NCBI RefSeq assembly: GCF_006345805.1
Contig: NC_043011.1
Span: 34,112,464 to 34,176,463 of the forward strand
Reading direction: 5' to 3'
DNA: 64,000 nt
DNA from: Octopus sinensis
Taxonomy: Eukaryota
The position numbers and the translations under genes are program-made. Below are positions 1 to 13,479 of this stretch, piece by piece (positions within the stretch are counted from its first letter, which is position 1; every line of letters starts with the position of its first letter). The notes under the pieces were generated by a model. The model saw nothing but the letters and a program-made list of their open reading frames with translations, searched no databases and was not told the DNA's origin.

Positions 1-641
1 ACATGGCATCTGTAATTAGCACCATCATACAGGTGATGTTGTTTACTTTCAATCTGGCCACCAAGGAAAACTATCCCCTTTCTTGAAAACCGATTAGGGT
101 TGGCAACAGGAAGGGGCATCCAGCCATGGAGAATCTGCCTCAACAAATTCCATCTGAACCATGCAAGCGTGCACGCACGCACACACAAGTTATAGGATAG
201 CTTGCAGCCAAATGAAATAAAAAGAAAGAACAGTAGCAGAAAAGAAAAAGAACAATAGCAGAAATACCAACAAATGAATAGGGAAAAGAATAGGAAATAT
301 CATTATTGCTTTATTGTAATTTCAACAAATAACTTCCATAATAAATATCATTTCACAATAACCAACTCAAATTTATATTCTCATTTACTTTGAAAATAAT
401 CCATTAAAATGGTGCTTAAAATATTTTTTACAATCAGAATTCTGAAATAGGTTATTAAAAAACAATAGAATACAAAATGGCATTAACCATTATTGCGATT
501 AGAATTTCAATTAGAAATGTCGTACAATTTCGATTTAAAGCTTCTAATGAAATGTCATCAAAAAAGACAATTTATATTGGAATGATGTTATATCTCATTT
601 TACAGAGCTAAAATGCAGCATCCTTGCATACTGCTATCATT

Positions 642-678
<37 letters not shown>

Positions 679-699
679 GTGTGTGTGTGTGTGTATCAT

Positions 700-930
700 C
701 ATCTTTTAACATCCATTTTCCAAACTGCATGGGTTGGGCAGTTTGACCAGAGAGCTGCACCAGGCCCCACCTTGATTTGGCTTGGTTTCCAGAGGTGGAT
801 GCCCTTCATAACATCAACTACTTTACAGTGTATGCTGGGTGCTTTTAACATGGCACTGGTGCCAGCATGAGTGCTTTTTACATGGCACGGCACGAGTGGC
901 ACTGGCATAGAACTTCAGGCCAATCTTTTT
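700..930 (-). mobile_element. RTE-tail-like short retroelement (family B), decayed
   Basis: CATCATC...TTTAACATCCATTTTCCAAACTGCATGGGTTGG...GGATGCCCTTC is the reverse complement of the family-B tail seen many times in the window. Confidence 0.7.
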
Positions 931-1234
931 CATCAAGGAGAGTGACCTTAACACATCTGTTGTACAGGACAGGTTTTGAGTACTGCAAGATGCCATGTAT
1001 CTTGGTCATTTGTCATCTCTTCCCAAAGGCTCAGTGTCTTGAGATCATCATTCAGTACTTCATCCTATGCCTTTCTGGGCCTCCTTCTTCTATGAGCTCC
1101 AACCAGTTTGAGTGATCAACACTTCTTTACTTTATGAAGCTGTCAAAATCCATCCACATCATATGACCAAGCCAGCACAGTCTTCTCTCTTGCACACTGC
1201 ATCTATACATACATAAACAATGACAATAACAATG

Positions 1235-1505
1235 ACAAGTGTTCCGGCTGATCCAATCAATGGAACAGCCTGCTTGTGAAATTAACACGCAAGTGGCTCA
1301 GCTCTCCATAGACACACAAACCTTTCACATAGAATGTGACGAGGCTGGCCGTTTGAAAAAACAGGTACAACACATTTCTGCCAGCTGAGTGGACTGGAGC
1401 AGCATGAAATAAAGTATCTTGCTCAAGGACATAACATGCTGCTGGGAATCAAACTCACAACTGACCCTACGGTCACAAGCCAAATACCCTAACCACTAAG
1501 CCAAT
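1235..1505 (-). mobile_element. tRNA-derived SINE family D (GTCCTTGAGCAAG core)
   Basis: GCCAGCTGAGTGGACTGGAGC...CTTGCTCAAGGAC...GGGAATCAAACTCAC...CCTAACCACTAAGCC; related copies at about 20030-20350 and 25950-26240. Confidence 0.65.
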
Positions 1506-1507
1506 AG

Positions 1508-1785
1508 CCTCAGGCTGACCAAAGCCTTGTGAGAGGATCTGATAGATGGAAACTGAAAGAAGCCTGTCGTAAATATATATATATATTTGTGTGTAGGTCT
1601 GTGCTTGTCCCCATCACCATCACTTGACAACTGATATTGGTGTGTTTACATCCCCCGTAACTTAGCAGTTCAGCAAAAGAGACCGATAGAACCAGGCTTA
1701 CAAAGAATAAGTCCTGGGGTTGATTTGTTCAACAAAAGGTGGTGCGCCAGCATGGCCACAGTCAAATCACTGAGACAAGTGAATA
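1508..1785 (+). mobile_element. SINE family A (CORE-like, tRNA-derived), 5'-truncated
   Basis: CCAAAGCCTTGTGAG...GGAAACTGAAAGAAGCC...GACCGATAGAA...CCAGCATGGCCACAGTCAAAT motif chain. Confidence 0.75.
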
Positions 1786-2164
1786 AATGAAAATATAAGA
1801 TGGATTTGGTATTAAAACTTTATTCTGTACAACGTTCACTTCAACCTGTCCTGTTATTGTCCCTTATGTGTGGGACTCGGTTCAACATGTTGTGTTGGGT
1901 CCATTTTGCAGTCTGGATCTCCTCATGTACATCGAAGGATAAACTTGTGTCCCACTAAAGATCTCGAGCATCAGCTGCCATATTGTTATATGCCCGTCTG
2001 CCCCCAACTGACACTGCAGAGTTCCGGATGTAGATCCAACGGAAATGTATCATGACTGCAGATAACAACAGGTAGCCTAAACTGTGCCAGTGCCTCTACT
2101 CAACACTTAAACACATTAATCGACTTATAACCTATTAGTCCAAAATATTAATTATATATATATA

Positions 2165-2365
2165 TGGCGTTAGGAAGGGCATCCAGCTGTAGAAACTCTG
2201 CCAGATCAAGATTGGAGCCTGGTGCAGCCATCTGGTTCGCCAGCCCTCAGTGAAAATCGTCCAACCCATGCTAGCATGGAAAGCGGACATTAAACAATGA
2301 TGATGATGATATCATCATCATCATCATCATCATCGTTTAACGTCCGTTCTCCATGCTAGCATGGG
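2165..2365 (+). mobile_element. RTE-tail-like element (family B) with (GAT)n tail and an inverted tail copy
   Basis: GGCGTTAGGAAGGGCATCCAGCTGTAGAAA...CCAACCCATGCTAGCATGGAAAGCGGAC then (GAT)n/(CAT)n. Confidence 0.8.
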
Positions 2366-2570
2366 TTATATATATATAAAGTATTATATAATTAATGAAG
2401 TACATTATATACCCAGATGGAAATCTTGGTTATATCCTTTAAGTATTATTTTGTGATGTACTATCTGATACCATGAGTTTACTGTAAGATATACTCATTA
2501 GGTTATTTTTGTATTATCTGAAATAGAATACCCGCATATCAATTAATCCCAAAAATTAGAATACTGAAAG

Positions 2571-2602
<32 letters not shown>

Positions 2603-3033
2603 GTCATCCCATAAATGGTACAGTTTTTTCAATTGGATGAACTAAAAGTCAGAGGGGGACAGGATAAACTAGCGGTATCAACTTGCTATATAAGCAGGAC
2701 TGAACCCAGATCCATGGGGTTGGGAAGCAAGCTTATATATATAATAAAAATGTAGTAGGGGGATCAATATAGGAAAATACAAAAAAAAAACAAACAGGAA
2801 AAAATACAAGCAGTGGACACAAACATCCTCAACCCCTCATCATTTACCGAACAAATATCATTACAATTTTGACACCTTTTATGTATAATATAGCCAAAAC
2901 ATTGCCAGCCCCTCCCATCACTACCTTTCACAAAACACTGTAACCCAGCCTGTTACAAATAGCATACAAATTTCCTCAAAATTACATTAAAGCAGCCAAC
3001 ATTAGGAAAGGACACAATGGACAGTGTGTGTGT

Positions 3034-3069
<36 letters not shown>

Positions 3070-3689
3070 GATAATATAGGTCATACAAGCAATCATAAAA
3101 CTGCCCGGAAGGCAGTGTTTCAGATAGTTTATGCCATTTATATATGCTAATCTTAACTTAGAAAGTATTGAACTTCATCTGTCATCCTATTGATTCTGTT
3201 ACTCCAACAACCAAACACCCACCCACAAGCCAGCAGCAGCAGGAAATTATGATAATATTTCCTATGATGTTGTGTAATTAGTGGAATTTAAAAATATTTT
3301 ATTCTAAAAAATATTAAAAAAACTATCTCATCTGGCTTTAAGGATTTTAAAGGGTTAACTCCCTATTCATTGCACAGAAAGAACATTCTAACATTCATTA
3401 TAATACTTCTCTCATAAACTCTGACAATAAGTAGAATGTGACATCATAGCTGATGTCCAAGGGAGACTACTCTGAACTTTTTTAATCTGATTTTTTTTTC
3501 TCTTTTTTTGTTTTGCTTTAAATGACTTTCACTCTTTCAATGTCAGTTTGACTGGGATCATTCATAGATACCCAAAACTGCCCATAATTAAAGTTTTCAT
3601 TTTTAAATCAATACCTTTCTTGAAATCACATCATTACATGTATGTTAACTTGAATTCAGAGTGAAAACGAAAGTAAGCATGATACAAAG

Positions 3690-3992
3690 ATGTGTGAGTT
3701 CTTGTGTATGTGTGATTGTGAATGAGAGGGAAAATGAGAGACAGAGAGAGAGAATGTTAAAGTGACTGTATTGCAGAATGAGGGAGAGAAAATATGCAAG
3801 AGTGAATGAGAGCGAAAGTGCATGCAAAAGAAAATGAGAGAGAATGCGTGTTTGCAAGAGAATGTGTGCGAGAGAGGATGAGAGAAAATATATAAGGAAA
3901 ATAAGTATGTGTAGGTGAAAGAACAATGAGTGTGTGTAAGAGAATCAGAGAAAGAGAATGAGTGTGGGCGAGAGAGAGAGAGAGGAGGAGAG

Positions 3993-4023
<31 letters not shown>

Positions 4024-4560
4024 TGTGTGTGCGTGTGTGTGTGTGTTTGTGTGTGTGGCTAAGAGATAAAGTGGGTGCACATTTGGGATAGAGTGAATGA
4101 GTGTATGAAAGAGAGAGAATGAGTGAGTGTAGAGAGCATGAGTGAGGTGGGGGTGATAGAGAATGAGCGTATGAGCAACAAAGAAATTGCATGAGATGAA
4201 GGGAAGTGTGTGTGTGTGTGTGTGTATGTGTGTGTAGTGACAATGGTGTTGAGTGAGTGCTTGTGTGAGAAGGCGTGTATCAGTGAGAGATTTTTACTGC
4301 ATGTGTGTGGGAGAGAGGAGGAAAGAGAGAGAGAGGAGGGAGAGAAGAGAGAGTCAGAGGGAGATTTGAGAGAGTCTGAGTGAGAGTAGAGAGACAAACA
4401 GACAGAGAAACATGCTTGCTGAGAAAGAAAGTGTGAGAAGAAAAATATTATATTTTGAATATGAATGAGAGACAGAGTGAGTGAGCGAGTGAGTGCAAGA
4501 ATGAATGCGGAAATAAGAGTGAATAACAGACATAAATTAGAATATAGAGAGAGGGGGGGA
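3690..4560. repeat. Degenerate GA/GT-rich microsatellite field
   Basis: Runs of GAGA, GTGT and GAGT; explains the His/Thr/Ser/Leu ORFs on the minus strand. Confidence 0.9.
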
Positions 4561-4769
4561 GGAGATGGTTGGGGTAGAAGGAAATGTGGAAGAAAACAGC
4601 AAAGACAGTAAGCTCAAATCACAACTGTATATACAGTCTGATGTCCATTTTGGCTGAGTAAAGTGGGCAACGGTACTTTAAAATGACCCAAAGTGACAGC
4701 ATTCTTCGCAGTGGGAATTGCACAACTGCTGAGCAACAAAATCAATCCCATTGGAATTGCAGACTTCGC

Positions 4770-4850
<81 letters not shown>

Positions 4851-4999
4851 GAAAGAGAGAGAGAGAAAGGGAGAGACAGAGAGAGAGATATACTATATAT
4901 AAAGCAGATGGACTGTGCTTATTCTCTCAATTCTGTTTTCATCAATGGCAACAGCATCAAAATCAAAAGTGCATCCATTCAAACAACAGATAGACAACC

Positions 5000-5058
<59 letters not shown>

Positions 5059-5134
5059 AAGTTTGGTGATATAAACAGGAAAAGAGAACTCATAACACAA
5101 GTGTGTGTGTGTGTGTGTATATATATAATAATCA

Positions 5135-5390
5135 TCATCATCATTTAGCGTCCGCTTTCCATGCTAGCATAGGTTGGACGGTTCAACTGGGGTCTGTGAA
5201 GCTGGAAGGCTTCGTCAGGCCCAGTCAGATCTGGCAGTGTTTCTACGGCTGGATGCCCTTCCTAACGCCAACCACTCCGTGAGTGTAGTGGGTGCTTTTA
5301 CGTGCCACCCGCACAGGTGCCAGACAGAGCTGGCAAACGGCCACGAACGGATGGTGCTTTTACGTGCCACCGACACGGGGGTCAGACAGA
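5135..5390 (-). mobile_element. RTE-tail-like element (family B)
   Basis: CATCATCATTTAGCGTCCGCTTTCCATGCTAGCAT...GGATGCCCTTCCTAACGCCAACCACTCCG...GGTGCTTTTACGTGCCACC. Confidence 0.85.
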
Positions 5391-5779
5391 GCTGGCAAAA
5401 TATATTGTTTTTGGATTTGGTTTGCAAGATTCTTTATATGAGTTCATGTGTTGAAGCATATTCTGTTGTATCTGGGGAGAGTCATTTTCTTTTTGTGCCT
5501 TATAATTTAACACACGCACCGGTAAAATTGAAAAGACTATTGAAAAGGTTGCCAACATGCAACGAAAATTTTAGAAAAATAAAAATAAGAAATAAATGAA
5601 AATTTTACCGGTGAGTGTATTAAATTATAAGGTACAAAAAGAAAATGACACCTCCCAGACACAACAGTGACTGGGCCTGATGAAGCCTTCTGGCTTCACA
5701 GACCCCAGTAGAACCGTCCAACCCATGCTAGCATGGAAAACGGACGCTAAATGATGATGATGATGATGATGATGATATA

Positions 5780-5820
<41 letters not shown>

Positions 5821-7401
5821 CAGAAGTTACAGAGTGACTCAAAGACCAAGAGTTTTGTGTACTGACACTTATAAAAGTACCACAGCATGAAACTCTCATG
5901 GCCTTGTCACTCTCTAACTTTGGCTGGTTGGTAACATATATGTAAATGTATTATAAATACACACACATACAAAGACCAAAGAACATAGTAGCAGAGCAAC
6001 AGATTCGTGATGCATGCAACACACTGCCTTTTCAGTGCAGTAGTATTAGCTAGCCAGCCTAGCAAGCTACCTATCATCAAGCTGCATACGCATGACACGC
6101 CACTGAACTACAGCAGGGCAGCAGCAATATAATATAATAATAATATATGAATTATTGATCGCATAGTACCACCGAAGTTGAAAGAAGAAAAAAAAATAAT
6201 AATAATAATAATGATAATAAATGAATGAATTGTAAAAAAAGAAAGAAAAAAAAGACTACTTTGATCTATGGTCATAAATGTTTTCATCATCGTGTATGGT
6301 AGACAGATTAGAAGAGAAAAACAAAAGAGAATAAAAAAAATCACAAGACTGAATATGAGAATAATAATTATTTAAGTGTTAACGGTTCAAATCCCATTGT
6401 TACTATATTAATGGAAGATTTTTTTTTCTTTAAATATTTTCTAAATCCAGTTTTTAGAAAAAAAATACTCTATATAATATTTAGTGATTGATACTGATTA
6501 ATTTTTTTTTTTTTTACAATAATCAGTAACAATTTTTCTTTTTCTTTTTGAACAGGAAAAGTAATTAAAAAAATTTTTATTTCATATTTTAATATGAAAT
6601 ATAGTTTATTTTTTTTAATTAATTTTTTTTACTGACAGATTAATTAGAAAGATAAATACATCAATTATATAAACATGAATATTTAAGGTTTAAAATTTCT
6701 TTTTAAAAAAAAAAAAGTAAAACGACAATAATTTCAAACTATTTTTTCATTTCTTTAATATAAGGAAGGTGGCTGACGAAAAAGGAGAAGGGACAAGAGT
6801 CTTAATGATTATCAACAGGAGACATCTCCTATAGAAGTAGAAAGTAGGAAGAAATACAAAAATTAGAAAAATTTATCGATACAAACAACAGCTGAGAGTG
6901 AGGTAAGCAATAGTGAAACTAGAAACTGACTGGACCAATCACAGCCACCACCATAACTTCCATCACCAGACTGATAACGTTATTTACAGAGAGGAAAAGG
7001 GAGCCTGTACATGGTTATTCAACATGCTAGAAATAGTAGCCAAATGTTCCAATTTAAATGAAACAACCTCATTCTAAGTCCTCCCTCCACAACCGTACCT
7101 ATATTCTACTACCTAACATCTAATACTACTACTACAACAAATACTACTACTGCTCCTCCTACAACCACCCACACAACACTTGTTTACACAGTAAAAAAAA
7201 GAAAGAAAGAAAGAAGTATCACAAGAAAAATCAATTCTTTCACATAGCTCACCTATTTCATTGCTACCGTTTTTGTTCTCTCTCTTGAAACATAAGATCT
7301 GACACTGATTGTTTCTGATTTTCAGTTCCTTTAAAAGTCTATTGATGCTCAATAAGATCACCACTTGTGATTCACATCACTCTCCCACCTCTCTCTCTGT
7401 C

Positions 7402-7488
<87 letters not shown>

Positions 7489-7490
7489 AA

Positions 7491-8816
7491 CAGGGTGAGG
7501 CAGAGAGGTCAGACGTTTTTGAAAAATTCACAAAATCATTTTTATTTTTACCTGCAAACAAATTTTATTGACATCAATGTGTTCATATTGAATTAGCATT
7601 TCTCCAAATCAAGTGTGGAAAACAACATCCATCATGTGGTGTCTGTTTTCATTGATGCATTTCTGAAGGCGTTCTTGGAAGTTGGCCTCCACTCTCTCCG
7701 GCATTGCTCTGTCAATTTGGGCAACATTCACATGAATAGCTTCCTTCAAATTGTCCAATGTATGGGGCTTATGCGCATACACATGTGCCTCAAGGTTTCC
7801 CCACAAGAAATAATCACATACAAACAAATCAGGGGACCGAGGGGGCCAAGGAATGTTAGGAAACCTGGAAACGAGGCTGTCACTGAAGTGAGGGTGAAGA
7901 ACATCCATTGATGCTTTGGCTGTGTGGGCCGTTGCCCCATCCTGCTGAAACCACACACATCGAATAGGCATATGTTTTCATTGTAATTCAGGCACAAAGA
8001 AGTTGTTTATTCTCTCAATGTAACGCTCGGAGTTCACAGTAACAGCATTTCCATTATTGTCTTAAAAAAAGTAAGGACCAATGATGACAGCTTTTCCAAC
8101 AGCACACCAGGCCATCACTTTTGAGCTGTGCAGTGTTCTTTCATGCAGTTCTCTCAGATTTTCAAGAGCCCAATAACAGCAGTTCTGATGAGTCACTATG
8201 CCATTGAGATGAAAGTGAGCATCCTCACTCATTAACAAAATGAGGTTGTCATTTGCCTCAAAGATTGCTTCCATCTGATATTCGAAGTTAAGCCACTGTG
8301 CCACGGTTTCAACTGTTGCCCAATGACTAATTTGCACGGATGGAAATGTAGGCCTTCATGCAAAATACACCTTACCGATCAATTATTGATGCCAAGTTCA
8401 GCAGAATGCCTCTGAGCAGAGCAATTTGGATTCTGTATCAAAGCTTGTATGACACGTTCCACATTTTCCAGGGGCCATATCATTCAAGGTGCCCCCACTA
8501 GTCTCTTATTCATTATGTATCACGTATACGAAATGTATTCACCCAGCATAAGATTGTGTCACGAGTGGGAACAGCCTGATTTCAGTGTCTGTTGAAGTGG
8601 TGCCAAAACTCATGCTGAACTGCTGTGACAGACTCATTCTTCATGTAACTGTCATAAGCAAATACGCAATGTTCTATTGTCCACAATGCCATGGCTTCAC
8701 CTGAACAGAAAAAATGCTAAGACACCACAGACCGAATGGTACCTGTCAGACATATGTCCCTCCCCCCTTGGAGCTGAGTAATAACCATTTCAAAAACATC
8801 TATCCTCTCTGCCCTG
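7491..8816 (-). mobile_element. Tc1/mariner superfamily element, DD41D (rosa-type), full length but decayed
   Basis: Imperfect TIRs of about 35 bp (CAGGGTGAGGCAGAGAGGTCAGACGTTTTTGAAA at 7491; TTTCAAAAACATCTATCCTCTCTGCCCTG ending 8816) flank a broken transposase. Confidence 0.85.
7609..8692 (-). pseudogene. DD41D transposase pseudogene
   Basis: Starts MALWTIEHCVFAYDSY at 8692. MSEDAHFHLNG (first D region), WFQQDGATAHTA and WPPRSPDLFVCDYFLWG are present. I count 41 residues between the QQD and VCD aspartates. Stops and frameshifts are present. Confidence 0.85.
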
Positions 8817-9330
8817 GTTGTGTGGTAAGAAGCTTGTTTCCCAACCACATGGTCCCAGGTCCAGTCCCACTGTGTGGAACCTTGGGCAAGTGTCTTCTAC
8901 TATAGCCTCAGGCCAACCAAAGACTTGTGAGTGGATTTGGTAGATGGAAACTGAAAGAAGCCCATCATATATGGTTGTGTGGTTAAGAAGTTTGCGTAGC
9001 AACCACTCAGTTTCAGGTTCACTCCCACTGTACAGCACTTTGGACAAATGTCCTTCTGATATAACCCTAGATGACTAATGCCTGATGAGCAAATTAGGTA
9101 GATAGGAACTGAAAGAAGTGTGTGCATGTGTGTGTGCACGTGTGATGATGTGTGCATGTCTTCATGTCTGTCCCTTACTGCTGCTTGACAACTGGTGTCG
9201 GTTTGCTTACATCCCTGTAACTTAGTGATTCAGCAGATCAGACTTAAAAATAAGTGCTGGAGTCAAGTTTTTTCAATTAAATCCCCCATAGACGTAGTCC
9301 CAGCATGGCCACAGTCCAAAAACTGAAATG
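8817..9330 (+). mobile_element. Two adjacent SINE family A copies
   Basis: GTGTGGTAAGAAGCTTG...GGGCAAGTGTCTTCTACTATAGCC head twice; tail CCCAGCATGGCCACAGTCC near 9300. Confidence 0.8.
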
Positions 9331-9359
9331 AGTGACTGGGTTGCAAAGAAAATCCTATT

Positions 9360-10230
9360 GCATTTTAGACATGATCATTTTGAGGATATTTTTTCTCAAA
9401 ACTCATGGTAGAATAAACATTTTTACATTCTGATGTCTTTTTCTTCCTTTGCAGAATATGTAATACTATAGTGGTTAAATTCATATTGATCTTTAACCTT
9501 TTAAAATGAATTTAGATCTGACCCATATCAGACTGTATGTTGTAGGGATTCAAAAATAGTTCTTCAGCAATGTGGTTTGGCCAGTTTCACTCAGGAAATT
9601 CTTCTCCTACAGATTCCCTTCAATCTTGACAACCAAGTTGTGAATTTTGAGCTTCTCAAAATCACAGTTGAGGAGAATCTAACGTAAACTGCATGAGAAT
9701 TAGCAAAACAATTCATTTCAGGTCACACTTTGATCATAAAATACTTTCATGAACAAAGAAAAGTGTCTGAACTTGGTCAGTGGGTTCCTTATCATCTGAC
9801 CGCTTCTCAACTTAATCAAAGAGTTGCCCTCTGCCAGTCATTAAAAAAGAAGACTTGATACTGAATTATCACTAGTGAGTTGTCTATGATCATATCCAAC
9901 AAAAGCGACACTGGTTGGCACCCAATGAAGAGAATCCATCTCCAAACCAAGACTATACCCGAAAAAAAAAGTTATTCTCTGTGTTTGGTGGGATGTGAAG
10001 GATGTTGTCTGTCATGAAGGGTCAAACTAAAACAAAACAGTTCATGTGAAATATTATTGTCAATTAGAAACTTTGCACAAAAAACACCCTTCATGATAAT
10101 TTAAGATCACATATTATCCAAGTCACTCACTGAAAGATTATAGGACTAAACTGCAGAGGTTTTGCCTCATCCACCTTACTCTGCTAACCCTGTTCCATCC
10201 AACTATCATCTTTTCAGATCATTACATTAT
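9360..10230 (+). pseudogene. Mariner (DD34D-type) transposase remnant
   Basis: Translated pieces LGQWVPYHL (WVPHEL motif), KVILCVWWDVK and HPPYSANPVPSNYHLFRSL (HPPYSPDLAPSDYHLF motif); heavily frameshifted. Confidence 0.75.
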
Positions 10231-11012
10231 TTAACCCTTTAGCATTTAAACCGGTCATACATGACCCAATATTGTACCTGTTTCATGTACAGACTGGCCA
10301 TATTCAGCCCCTCACACATCATCAAAATCTCAACATAAATATTGCATGATTAATTCAAAACAATGTGAATAAATAAGCATTACATTTGACAAAATAATCT
10401 GGATTAGTCAGTTTGGATTACAAAACACAGAGATTCTCTGTCAAACTGACACCAATAGCTTTAAACCACACTAAGGTGGGTTGGACATACAGGTCACATG
10501 TGTGATTTGCATTTCTTCTCTAAGATCCTCTACAGCCGGCCAGATAATGGTCAATGCCTGACTTGTTGACCAAAAAGGTGGCTCAAAGATTAGCAAAAGA
10601 CTACTCTGAAGAGGCATGAAGAGTAACAACATCAACACTTCAATAACGGAAGACACTGCTAATCAACAGTCTCACTGCTGGAAAAGGTTTGAAGATGTGG
10701 TGGCATAATGCACAGGAGAAACAAGAAGAGAAATATGCACAGCCAAACATATATATCTTGTCTGTGACAGAAGCTGTATATGAATTAAGATCAAAAGATA
10801 TACAAAACAACAAAAAGATGGGTCATGAGACAGAGAGACAAACAGAAAGATAGACTGATAGATATGTTAAGTATGTGTGAATATATATGCGTATGTGAGT
10901 GAATATATTTCTTCCGTTTCTTCTAAGTTTCAGTCATTGGATTTTGGCTGTGCAGATGCATCACCATGAAGAGGTTTGTTGAACAAATCAACCCTAATTT
11001 ATCTCTTCTTCT

Positions 11013-11340
11013 TACTCTCTTTTACTTGTTTCAGTCATTCGATTGTGGCCATGCTGGAGACTGCCTCTAGTCAAGCAAATCGACCCCAGGACTTATTCTT
11101 TGTAAACCTAGTACTTATTCTATCAGTCTCTTTTGCTGAACCACTAAGTTACGGAGATGTAAACACACCGGCATCGGTTATCAAGCAATGTTGGGGGAAT
11201 GCAGACACACAAACATATACACACATGCATATGACGGTTTCCATCTACCAAATCCACTCACAAGGCTTTGGTAGGCCTGAGGTTATAGTAGAAGACACTT
11301 GCCCAAGGTGTCACGCAGTGGGACTGAACCCGGAACCACT
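11013..11340 (-). mobile_element. SINE family A
   Basis: TTACTCTTTTACTTGTTTCAGTCATT...CCATGCTGGAG...CACTTGCCCAAGGTGTCACGCAGTGGGACTGAACCCGGAACC. Confidence 0.85.
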
Positions 11341-11705
11341 CCCACGCCTTGTTTTCTTTTTTCTTAGATATGTTACTTATTCAATTGTATATCTTTTTTG
11401 CTGAATGAAGTTACAGGGACATAAAAAATTTAAAAAAACACCAATTGTCAAATGGTGAGGGAACAAACACACACACACACACATACATATACACACACAC
11501 AGGACAAGCTTCTGCACAACATCTGTCTGCCAAATTCATTCACAAGGCACTGGTTAACCTAGAGTTATTAGAGACTACCTTGCCCACGTTGCTGCACAGT
11601 GAAACTAAACCCGAAACCATCCAGATGCAAAGTGAACATCTAAACTAAACACACACAACACATATACACCCACACACACAGACAGACATGCGGCTAAATG
11701 CTTAC

Positions 11706-11745
11706 TAGAGCAAATTATAGCACCAGCTGCAGTCTCTATATTTAA
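11706..11745 (-). CDS. Candidate internal exon (LNIETAAGAIICS, phase 0 to 1) of an unknown gene
   Basis: Acceptor ctgtttgtcatttttatag, donor gtaagc; 40 nt, open in the frame required by the 17601 exon. Confidence 0.25.
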
Positions 11746-13086
11746 CTATAAAAATGACAAACAGATGTTATTAAAAGTCACCGATGAATATTATCAAAAC
11801 CACATAGTTAAAAAGAAAACACATACTCATATACATGACATCGTTCTTGATATAACTTGGCAGGTTTATGAGCTTAACAGGTTGGTTGCCAGATAATTGT
11901 TTAATTTATTCCTCTTATTATCAAATACAACATTTTCATTGTGAAACGAGTAGTTGTAACTCGTCGTGTGTTCGCTTCAAAATAAAACTACAAACTATTT
12001 CTTGAACTCAGCAGGTTTTCCTCTAATTTGTAAGTACAAGCATTTACCTGATTATATATAAAATATTTACCATCTAATTTGTACGTACAGGCTTTTTACC
12101 AGATTTTATGTAATATATTTACCAACCACGGAGTGCTGATTTCAGTGCCACTGCATGGCACCTTGGGCTAATCCACTATAGTTTCAGGCTGACCAAAACC
12201 TTGTAAGTGGGTTTAGTGGTCAGAAACTGAAAGAAGTCCAACATATATAAATATGTGTACATGTTGAGAGCTACTACACTCTTGGAGTGGTTGGCATTAG
12301 GAAGGGCATCCAGCTGTAGAAACTCTGCCAGATCAGATTGGAGTCTGGTTCACCAGACCTCAGTCAAATCGTCCAACCCATGCTAGCATGGAAAGCAGAC
12401 GTTAAATGATGATGATGTGTATATGTCTTTGTGTCTGCATTTGTCACCCCACTACTACTTGACAACCGGTGTTGGTTAATTTATGTCCTCATTGCTTAGT
12501 GGTTTGGCAAAAGAGACCAAGAGAAATACCGGGCTTAAAAAAAGAATTATAAGTACTAGGATAGACTTGTTTGACTAAAATTCTTCCAAAGAAGTGCCCC
12601 AGCATGGCTGTAGTCTGACTGAAACTAATAAAATATAAAAGATATATAAATACAGGCATACACAATCACACACACAGAGGCATGGGTGTGAGGCTAAGAA
12701 ACTTGTTTTCCAACATGTGGTCTCAGGTTCAGTCCCACTGTATGGCACCTTGGACAAGTGTCTCCTACTATAGTCCTGGGCCAACCAAAGTCTTGTAAAT
12801 AAATATGGTAGACAGAAACTGAAAGAACTCTATCATGTGTGCTTATGTGTGTGCACAAGCATGCATGCATGCCCTTGTCTTGACATTATATGATGATTGT
12901 AAATGAGCAGCTCTGTCATACAAGCAATGTTATTCTTTTTTAAGTCTTCCATTAAAGATGTTGCAAAAATTTACTAGGCTTGGGAACAAGTAAGGGTTGA
13001 CAACAACAAGAGTATCCAGCCATGGAAAATCTACCCCAACTATTTCCGTCACACACACACACATACACATATATATATACATATTC

Positions 13087-13245
13087 TCGGAGTGGTTGGC
13101 GTTAGGAAGGGCATCCAGCTGTAGAAACACTGCCAGATCTGACTGGCCTGGTGCAGCCTTCGGGCTTGCCAGACCCCAGTTGAACCGTCCAACCCATGCT
13201 AGCATGGAAAGCGGACGTTAAACGATGATGATGATGATGATGATA
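13087..13245 (+). mobile_element. RTE-tail-like element (family B), near consensus
   Basis: GAGTGGTTGGCGTTAGGAAGGGCATCCAGCTGTAGAAACACTGCCAG...GGAAAGCGGACGTTAAACGATGATGATG. Confidence 0.85.
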
Positions 13246-13479
13246 TATATCATTATGATTATTATCACTGCTTTATGTCCATTTTTCCATGCTGCTTTAA
13301 GTTAGACAAAACTTGGGGCAGATTTTCTCCTTGTCACTAACCTACACCTGTATTCCAGATAAGGAATTTTCATTCCACTTGCTGTCACACATCAAAAGCA
13401 ATGAACCCTTCTCACCTGAGACAACCTCTGCAGTCCTGAAGCCATGATAAAAAATGTATCCAAGATATACACAACACCA

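Noticed and set aside
389-441. 53-nt minus-strand exon candidate (NSDCKKYFKHHFNGLFS)
   Set aside because: Weak donor and not phase-compatible with the proposed chain; cannot be supported without transcripts.
3645-4397. Several 90-195 aa Ser/Leu/His ORFs
   Set aside because: Translations of GA/GT microsatellite.
6765-6902. Plus-strand exon-like segment ending GAG|gtaagc
   Set aside because: Stops in all three frames; its purine richness is better explained as the complement of a minus-strand polypyrimidine tract.
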